A stretch of DNA of 64,000 bases from a virus. Under the pieces are notes generated by a model that made no database searches, was not told where the DNA came from, and saw nothing but the letters and a program-made list of their open reading frames with translations. The position numbers and the translations under genes are program-made. Location of the stretch: the IMG/VR virus record IMGVR_UViG_3300025108_004281, positions 1 through 64,000 of that record; one strand, written 5' to 3'. Positions 57,861 through 64,000 of the stretch are shown here, piece by piece (position 1 is the stretch's first letter; each line of letters opens with the position of its first letter).

Positions 57861-59391
57861 TAAGTAACCAATTTAATTTTTTATTTACATACCTATTTAC
57901 TGTTTGATCTGTAATATAAGTTGCTTTTTGAACAAGACCTAATCCTGACAAGGTTTCTTTTTGTTCATACCAGTCGTTTCTTGATGATGCTATGCCTTGT
58001 GCCATGACACTTTGCCAAGTAAATGCTTCAATATGATTTGTTATGACATTTCTTTTTTGTATTGCTTTTGAGGCTATGTCAGTACGTTCTTTTGCTTCTG
58101 ATTTATTAGTGTATTCGTTTGACCATTCTAATGTATTTTCGTCTATGGTGTAACCAAATCTTTCTGGGTATATATCTATATCAGCAAAGGCGCCTTCGTC
58201 CCATGCTAACCATTCTCCACCAAAGTCTTTGTAGCCAGGATGATTCTTTTTAGGCTCAATGATTAATGTTATAGTACCAGCATTATCAACAAGTAAATTG
58301 TCTTCACAGTATCTTAAATTTTTTTCAAACTCTTCGTAACTGTCGTTTGCTAATCCAAATATAAAACCTGAACTAATCCAAAAGTCATCTATTTCTTTTC
58401 TTAACCTTTGAGAAACATACACAAGATCTTCTATTGTGCTTTTCTTTCTTGTGGCTTTTATTGCGGCATTACCAAAACTTTCTATACCAAAGTTAGCACC
58501 ATTCATTCCAATTTCTTTATACAAATCAATTTGGTGAGGTCTTTTTGCCATAACATCAAGTCTAGCAAAAGATGTTATTCTGGGTTTGAAACTTAATTTA
58601 TTAACAACTTTAGCAAGTAATTCAAGTTTTTCATCTGACTCATTAATTGTATCGTCTGCGGCGTAAAAGTGTGTAATACCGTATGTATCATATGCGTGTT
58701 GCATTGTGTAATAAAGTTGCTCTTCGCAATTCATATATAAAGTCTTAGACGCTCGTAATGGATAATTGCAAAAACTACAATTAAATTTACAGCCTAATGC
58801 AACTTCAAATCCTATTACGTCAGTAGATTCTAAAAAGTCATCATCTTTAAATAAACCGTATGTAATAGGTTTTTCAATGTCATAATTATAATTATGGTTA
58901 GCAAAAATATTTGTAAACTCTGGATTTTGTATAAACTTTGACATGTCTTTACCAGCAACAAAATCTGTTAGCATTTCTGCACATCTACCTAAGAAAATAC
59001 CATCGCAATGTTTCATGTATTCCATGTCGTTACGTTGTACTCTTCTATTGCCTCCATATAATATTTTTGCATTAGGCAATTTACTTTTAATTTTACGAGC
59101 AAGTGCAATATACTCTTGCTCTAGTCCCATAGATAGAGTGGCACTTATACATATAAACTGTACATCTGAATTGCGTAAAAAATTTATTACACCTTTGATT
59201 AAGTCTTCTTCGTCAAAATGAAAACAAAAATCTATAACAGTTGATTCTACACCTAACTTTTCAAATTCGTGTTTGATAACATGAGCACCTAAAGATCTGT
59301 AGTTTGCTGGAAAAGTAGAACGAATTATTTCTTTAGATATTCTTGGCTTTTGTTTGTTAGATTCAGATATAACAACTGCTTTCTTTTTCAT
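57850..59391 (-). CDS. B12-binding-domain radical SAM protein
   Basis: N-terminal Rossmann-like YGG, GCKFNCSFC, DDT, GIES, FIFGL. Confidence 0.8.
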   Translation of the reverse strand: MKKKAVVISESNKQKPRISKEIIRSTFPANYRSLGAHVIKHEFEKLGVESTVIDFCFHFDEEDLIKGVINFLRNSDVQFICISATLSMGLEQEYIALARKIKSKLPNAKILYGGNRRVQRNDMEYMKHCDGIFLGRCAEMLTDFVAGKDMSKFIQNPEFTNIFANHNYNYDIEKPITYGLFKDDDFLESTDVIGFEVALGCKFNCSFCNYPLRASKTLYMNCEEQLYYTMQHAYDTYGITHFYAADDTINESDEKLELLAKVVNKLSFKPRITSFARLDVMAKRPHQIDLYKEIGMNGANFGIESFGNAAIKATRKKSTIEDLVYVSQRLRKEIDDFWISSGFIFGLANDSYEEFEKNLRYCEDNLLVDNAGTITLIIEPKKNHPGYKDFGGEWLAWDEGAFADIDIYPERFGYTIDENTLEWSNEYTNKSEAKERTDIASKAIQKRNVITNHIEAFTWQSVMAQGIASSRNDWYEQKETLSGLGLVQKATYITDQTVNRYVNKKLNWLLNEV

Positions 59392-59402
59392 GCTAATATT
59401 TA

Positions 59403-60329
59403 TTAACCCATAGCATTCATCTCTAGTTCTACTAGAGTTGCACTAAGGTTAATCTCTGGGTCTGCACAAGACACACTCTTCACCATACCGTCTCTTATGA
59501 TAACAATGCTTTGGTCTTGCTTCAGTGGCTCTGCTCCCCATAAATCTAAGTTCCTGTATAAAAACTTAAACACATCTTCGTATTCTTCGGGCCTTGCTTG
59601 GTCACAAATAAGTGTTCTTGCTTCTTTGTATTTGCCTGCTTTGAATAACTCTACCATAGATAGCATCCAGTCGCTTTGTGCGGCATCGCCATCTTGAGGA
59701 CTTTGTAATACACCGTCGACTACATTTTGTTGTACCAAGTTGATGCTCTTACGAAGATCTGGATAACTTGCTTGTACATAAGTGTCAAGGGTTTCTAAAT
59801 CTATCTGTACGCCCTCTTCAACACAGATAGTTGCTATCCTGGCTGTAAATTCATTTATGTCTAGTTTCTCAATATGGAAACCTTGGGACCTAGAATGAAG
59901 AGCCGGGATAATTCTTTGTGGGTAGTTACAGGTTAATATGAACCTAGCAGTTGTATGATACATTTCCATCATACCACGTAACGCCGCCTGCCCATTAGGA
60001 GTAATGTAATCTGCTTCATCTAGCAATACATACTTAAACTCTCCAAACGGCATAGTACTCACAAAGTTTGTGATTCTATCTCTAATAACGTCAATACCAT
60101 TTTCGTTACTAGCATTAATTTCAAGTATATCAAATTGATCTACTTCTAAACTGTGTAGCAATACCTTTGCTAATGTAGTTTTACCTGTACCTGGAGCACC
60201 ACTAAACAGTAAGTGTGGCAATGCACCATCATTAATCCAGCCTTCTATCTGCTTACGTTGATTGATATCTCTAAATACATATCCATCTACTGTGTTAGGT
60301 CTGTATTTTTCTACCCATAATTCTTTCAT
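59403..60329 (-). CDS. Clamp loader ATPase subunit (gp44/RFC-small-like)
   Basis: WVEKYRP, GAPGTGKT, NASNE, LDEAD, Q.ALR, CNY, SRS, DLRK. Confidence 0.93.
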   Translation of the reverse strand: MKELWVEKYRPNTVDGYVFRDINQRKQIEGWINDGALPHLLFSGAPGTGKTTLAKVLLHSLEVDQFDILEINASNENGIDVIRDRITNFVSTMPFGEFKYVLLDEADYITPNGQAALRGMMEMYHTTARFILTCNYPQRIIPALHSRSQGFHIEKLDINEFTARIATICVEEGVQIDLETLDTYVQASYPDLRKSINLVQQNVVDGVLQSPQDGDAAQSDWMLSMVELFKAGKYKEARTLICDQARPEEYEDVFKFLYRNLDLWGAEPLKQDQSIVIIRDGMVKSVSCADPEINLSATLVELEMNAMG

Positions 60330-60562
60330 TTAAAAACCTCAATAGTTGTTGTGTCGTTATGTTCATTAAAAAGAAAGTTTCTAGACTTTGTTACTTTCTT
60401 AACAGCACCTGCAACTCTATAATATGTAACTAGTTCTTGCTTAATAACATCTTCACTTGCTATTGGATACAAACCATTTGCATTTGCATGATTAGTATCA
60501 TCTGTATAATCGTCAGTTTCCTGTGCATCATACAGTTCATCAAATAAGTTACCTTGTTTCAT
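60326..60562 (-). CDS. Small protein with N-terminal QGNLF motif
   Basis: Own TTGACT-17-TATAAT promoter (60580-60608). Confidence 0.55.
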   Translation of the reverse strand: MKQGNLFDELYDAQETDDYTDDTNHANANGLYPIASEDVIKQELVTYYRVAGAVKKVTKSRNFLFNEHNDTTTIEVFK

Positions 60563-60608
60563 ATATATTCCTTTTGTGTATTATAAACTAAATGTAGATA
60601 AAAGTCAA

Positions 60609-61367
60609 CTATTTTTCGTAGCCAAAACATTCAAAATCTTCTTTCCAGTATTCTGCAATTTTGTCTCTATTGTTGTTGTGATCTAATAATTGCATAAAGT
60701 CTGATGTTGTTCTATTATCGCTTGGGTGTCTAGCATGAAAATTATTTGCTTTATGTATTTTTGTTTCCTTGCCTATGATTAATTTAGACACTTCAGGCCA
60801 ACGTTCTTGTAGTTCTTCTTGTTTTAAAACAAAATCAAAAAATTCTATATTGGATGGTTCATTGTCTAGTATTGTATGTATCAAAGGTTCGTTTACCAAT
60901 GTAACTTGCCACCAATGCCTTGCTTCATTGCCGCTCATGTAATCGCACATCTCATCTAAGAAATATGTAAATGCTTCTATGTGCTTGTCCATATCATCAG
61001 TCATTTTATATAGAGACATATCAATTTGTGTAGAATGGTCTGCATTGGGTGGTGGTTGGTTAGGGTGATCAGGGTCACTTATGTTTACAGGAAAGTAAGG
61101 AGCATAATGCCAAATGTCTGCTAGATAACCTGCTACTACTCTTGAATATGGATTACGACAAAAAGTTACTTTAGGTGCGGCTAGTATATCGTTTTCTACT
61201 ACATCAAATAAATCATAATTAATAGACCAGTTGTCGCCTGACAAGTCTAAATAATTTTCTCTACCAATGTATGCTTCAAGCCAGACATTTAATGAGTTTG
61301 AACCGCAACGTCTACCTTTAACAAACACAAAAGGGTATGCTTGTTTTTTGCCAATCAGGATTTCCAC
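60609..61367 (-). CDS. Sulfotransferase family 2-like protein
   Basis: FVKGRRCGSNS, CRNPYSR, C-terminal DFECFGY. Confidence 0.65.
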   Translation of the reverse strand: MEILIGKKQAYPFVFVKGRRCGSNSLNVWLEAYIGRENYLDLSGDNWSINYDLFDVVENDILAAPKVTFCRNPYSRVVAGYLADIWHYAPYFPVNISDPDHPNQPPPNADHSTQIDMSLYKMTDDMDKHIEAFTYFLDEMCDYMSGNEARHWWQVTLVNEPLIHTILDNEPSNIEFFDFVLKQEELQERWPEVSKLIIGKETKIHKANNFHARHPSDNRTTSDFMQLLDHNNNRDKIAEYWKEDFECFGYEK

Positions 61368-61609
61368 TATCTTTTTCTTTTAAGTTGATGTTCTATTTCT
61401 TTTTTTCTATGCTCGTGTAAGAATATATCTTCATCTACATAAGTAGGTGCATTGTCTAATGCCTTTTTGGCTTGGAAGTAAACTTCATAAATCTTTTTCT
61501 TACAACCCCAACCATTAAAGCCATCTATGTTTGGGTCGTGCATTACTCCTTCCCATTGCCATAGTTGTTCTGCTATTGCTCTGTTACCTGTCTTTTCAAT
61601 GTACGGCAT
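61367..61609 (-). CDS. Hypothetical protein
   Basis: DP.IDGF..WGCKK phage-type motif. Confidence 0.55.
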   Translation of the reverse strand: MPYIEKTGNRAIAEQLWQWEGVMHDPNIDGFNGWGCKKKIYEVYFQAKKALDNAPTYVDEDIFLHEHRKKEIEHQLKRKR

Positions 61610-61856
61610 GTGCTTTCCTCAATTCTTTATTCTTAAACCAAACCCTTACAAAATATTTTCTTGTAATGGCAACTAAAGTAAACCAAAATGTTAGGAATAC
61701 CGAAGTCCAAAAGATTATATCTCCTTCGCTATCTAAATTAGGTATGAATGTTCTATTGGCAATGTACAATAGCAACATGTTCAGCGGAAAGTTAATAACT
61801 AATGCTAATGCTGTATCGCCTAGTGATTCTTTTAAGGACTGTGTATCTATACTCAC
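61596..61856 (-). CDS. Small membrane protein
   Basis: SLKES..DT...2 TM...RKY.VR.WF. Confidence 0.6.
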   Translation of the reverse strand: MSIDTQSLKESLGDTALALVINFPLNMLLLYIANRTFIPNLDSEGDIIFWTSVFLTFWFTLVAITRKYFVRVWFKNKELRKAHAVH

Positions 61857-62371
61857 ACTTCACCAGATTCAGTATAAATTTCTTGTTTAGCAGTCTGTTT
61901 AGCAGTATAAACTCTTTGATCATCTCTTAGTGAAGATGTGACTTGCTGGCTTTCATAGTATTCTGTTGGCAGTACACTTCCTGGGAAATACCCTAGTACA
62001 CCGTCATGATAGTCTACTTTCCAAAACATAAATTTATCATTGTATCTGGCTCCTGAAGAAACATGTTTGTCTACATCTTCAGGCATCACACCAATCGTTT
62101 CTGAGAGTTGCTCTCTGTATTCATCAATTGGTAATTGTATATTAGGAGTCCATCTACCGTGTTTAACTACTACCCAGTAGCCTGGTTTAAGTTCGTCGCC
62201 AAACTTTTCTCTGATAGTTGGACCTACACTAAAAACTTGGAACCATCTGCTTCTAACACCTGATTCCTTGCTGTCATCGTTTGGTATAATAATACCACTG
62301 GCTAATTTCTTCTCACCGAAGTCGCCATTTATACATAAAAGGTTGTCACCTATTGCTTTTAATCTATGCAT
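61853..62371 (-). CDS. GroES-like co-chaperonin
   Basis: LKAIGD.L...E.K.ASGIIIP mobile loop, V.SVGP, G.WV.V.HGRW; likely start MHRL at 62371. Confidence 0.65.
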   Translation of the reverse strand: MHRLKAIGDNLLCINGDFGEKKLASGIIIPNDDSKESGVRSRWFQVFSVGPTIREKFGDELKPGYWVVVKHGRWTPNIQLPIDEYREQLSETIGVMPEDVDKHVSSGARYNDKFMFWKVDYHDGVLGYFPGSVLPTEYYESQQVTSSLRDDQRVYTAKQTAKQEIYTESGEV

Positions 62372-62885
62372 CGTCTTCCCAGTCGTCCTCAAATATTGGC
62401 ACCATTTCTATATCTCCATTGGGCAGTTCCACCTCCTTATACCCTATTGGTTCTTTGCTTTGTGCCTGTGCTTTTGATTTTGCAACCTGTGTTTTAGTAA
62501 GTTCTTCTACATCTTTTTCTTCTTGCATTTTAACTTCTTGTTTTACAGGTTCTTCTTTAACTACTGGGTCCGGCTGTATTTTAGCCTCTGACTTGCCTGT
62601 TGCGGCAGTTTTGACTTCTGGTGATAAATCAGAAGGTTCTGCATTTACACCACTAAAGGATGGTTGTGCATTTTTAATACTAACTTGGCCAGACTCAGAA
62701 CCATCAACATTCTTATAATGATCTCTTGCTCTTTGATCTGCTGTTTTGATAATTTGGCCACCTGGTCCGATGAGGTCACCTTTACCATTTACGGGCATGT
62801 TGCCAATAGCAGGAGCATCGCCTTGCTGAGCAATAATAGATTCCATATCTATGACTTTGCCTTTGCTTGTTAAATGTTTACTCAT
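62364..62885 (-). CDS. Conserved large-phage hypothetical protein
   Basis: T.KGK.IDM......A.GNM.VN.KGD.IG.GG.I. Confidence 0.65.
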   Translation of the reverse strand: MSKHLTSKGKVIDMESIIAQQGDAPAIGNMPVNGKGDLIGPGGQIIKTADQRARDHYKNVDGSESGQVSIKNAQPSFSGVNAEPSDLSPEVKTAATGKSEAKIQPDPVVKEEPVKQEVKMQEEKDVEELTKTQVAKSKAQAQSKEPIGYKEVELPNGDIEMVPIFEDDWEDDA

Positions 62886-63414
62886 CTTTTAAAAATTCCT
62901 TAATGTCTAAATTGTATTTAAGGCTATCAACTTTGTGTATGCCTATTAAGTATAATACATAACTTGCAACACTACTACCTCTACCAACACCCCAAACAAT
63001 CTCATGTTTTCGCATGGTATCAATAATATATATCAATGCCCTTAGAATAGGATATAGGTTCCTGGCCCTATACAGTTCTAATTCATCTACTACTCTATTT
63101 ATTTGATCTTGGGTGGGTTCGGGTGGTAGTTTATGGACAACATATTGATCGATATCTATATCTTTATAGTGATCTGGAATCATCCATTGTGATTGCATAC
63201 TGGTATGATATGTATCTACGTCGATGCCCATGTTGGCTAACAGTTGTAATGGATTTATTTCCAGTTCATTGCAATTACTATTAAAAGTGTTTACGTCTTC
63301 AGTAGATATAAAGTCAATGCCTTCTAGCACTTTGTTGTTATACAGCAACTCAATGCCAACGTTTTCGCAGTTTTGACTTCTACTGAACTTATCTAAACGA
63401 TCTTTGGTTTCCAT
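62878..63414 (-). CDS. DNA polymerase III alpha (DnaE)-like fragment
   Basis: R...EL........L..IID.......WGVGRGSSVASYVLY.IGI..VD.LKY.L...EFL. Confidence 0.8.
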   Translation of the reverse strand: METKDRLDKFSRSQNCENVGIELLYNNKVLEGIDFISTEDVNTFNSNCNELEINPLQLLANMGIDVDTYHTSMQSQWMIPDHYKDIDIDQYVVHKLPPEPTQDQINRVVDELELYRARNLYPILRALIYIIDTMRKHEIVWGVGRGSSVASYVLYLIGIHKVDSLKYNLDIKEFLKDE

Positions 63415-64000
63415 GATTTCTTTTTGTATTCATCTAAATTAATAATTTCGCCTGTGTCTTTTGATTCTGGATTAAGTATTGTTCTAACTTTGTTTTCAAT
63501 TGTGTCAAACGGTTCTGTTACATGATGTTGCGTGTTTTCAAAATGGTTTGCCATAAAGTTATCATATTCTTCTTGATCTTTTGCACTACCATCGTATGTG
63601 GATATGTCATTTCTAAACCACCATGGTATTTCATTGAACTTTATACCATCTATCATTGTGTCCATGCTAGGCAAATACTCATAATTTAACTCATCATCTG
63701 TATAAGTATAACTGGTTTTTGTTCGTAAGTCAATGATTTCTACATTACCTATGTAACAATGCTCTGTGATTGCATTAAACTTAGAGTGTAAAACTATATT
63801 TAAACATGCATCGCCAGTGTTAGGAACATAAACTAAAGGATTATCTAAGTCCATACAATTCTTTAAAACAAAATTAGCACCTCCTGGATCAAATACTAAT
63901 GAATTATCAAATACTGCTTCTAGCATAAAATTCATTTTGTGATAGTTTAGTGAATGATAGTATGAAACATCTTTTTCTTTAAAGCCATCTTCTGGTAGTA
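63393..64000 (-). CDS. Hypothetical protein, open to window end
   Basis: Frame stays open upstream of 63935 (...LPEDGFKEKDVSYYHSLNYHK-MNFML). Confidence 0.55.
   Translation of the reverse strand, partial: LPEDGFKEKDVSYYHSLNYHKMNFMLEAVFDNSLVFDPGGANFVLKNCMDLDNPLVYVPNTGDACLNIVLHSKFNAITEHCYIGNVEIIDLRTKTSYTYTDDELNYEYLPSMDTMIDGIKFNEIPWWFRNDISTYDGSAKDQEEYDNFMANHFENTQHHVTEPFDTIENKVRTILNPESKDTGEIINLDEYKKKSWKPKIV

Noticed and set aside
1-64000. Stop-codon reassignment
   Set aside because: Standard-code ORFs tile the window densely, and TAA, TAG and TGA all end genes at coupled junctions.

Overview
This 64-kb window is a segment of a large AT-rich lytic phage genome, most likely a jumbo myovirus-like phage of a Gram-negative aquatic host. 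That call is inferred from spanins, a beta-barrel OMP, AOX and SufE; no tRNA, CRISPR array, integrase or intein is evident. Nearly all genes are on the minus strand. Replication genes: PolB, sliding clamp, clamp loader, RNase H/5'-3' exonuclease, ATP-dependent ligase and a DnaE fragment. A 7-deazaguanine DNA-modification set is present (FolE, QueD-like, QueE, DpdA/TGT-like), with a GT4 glycosyltransferase, GalE and sulfotransferases interleaved and no QueC in the window. Also present: a MoxR-type AAA/VWA pair, an amidinotransferase, chaperones (ClpA, DnaJ, GroES-like), lysis genes, collagen-like and other virion fibre genes, and auxiliary genes (AOX, PhoH, SufE, Grx). The intergenic DNA is very informative. 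Fourteen sigma70-type promoters fall largely into two classes: TTGACC with a leader carrying GTAGGAG, or TTGACA and leaderless. There is also a T4-late-like (N)TAAATA promoter motif, often leaderless. Most novel candidates: (1) a 3'-UTR stem-loop plus terminator at 13079-13165 whose loop (UUACUCCUACAA) is the reverse complement of the GTAGGAG motif shared by seven promoter-proximal genes, i.e. a possible anti-RBS sRNA switch; (2) a TFxSLF C-terminal motif shared by PolB and the DpdA-like enzyme that flank the clamp gene, suggesting clamp-tethered base modification; (3) an ACP homologue with its phosphopantetheine Ser replaced by Glu; (4) a structured ~90-nt leader RNA with an unannotated 41-aa ORF. 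All family calls are from motif recognition by eye, not from database searches.
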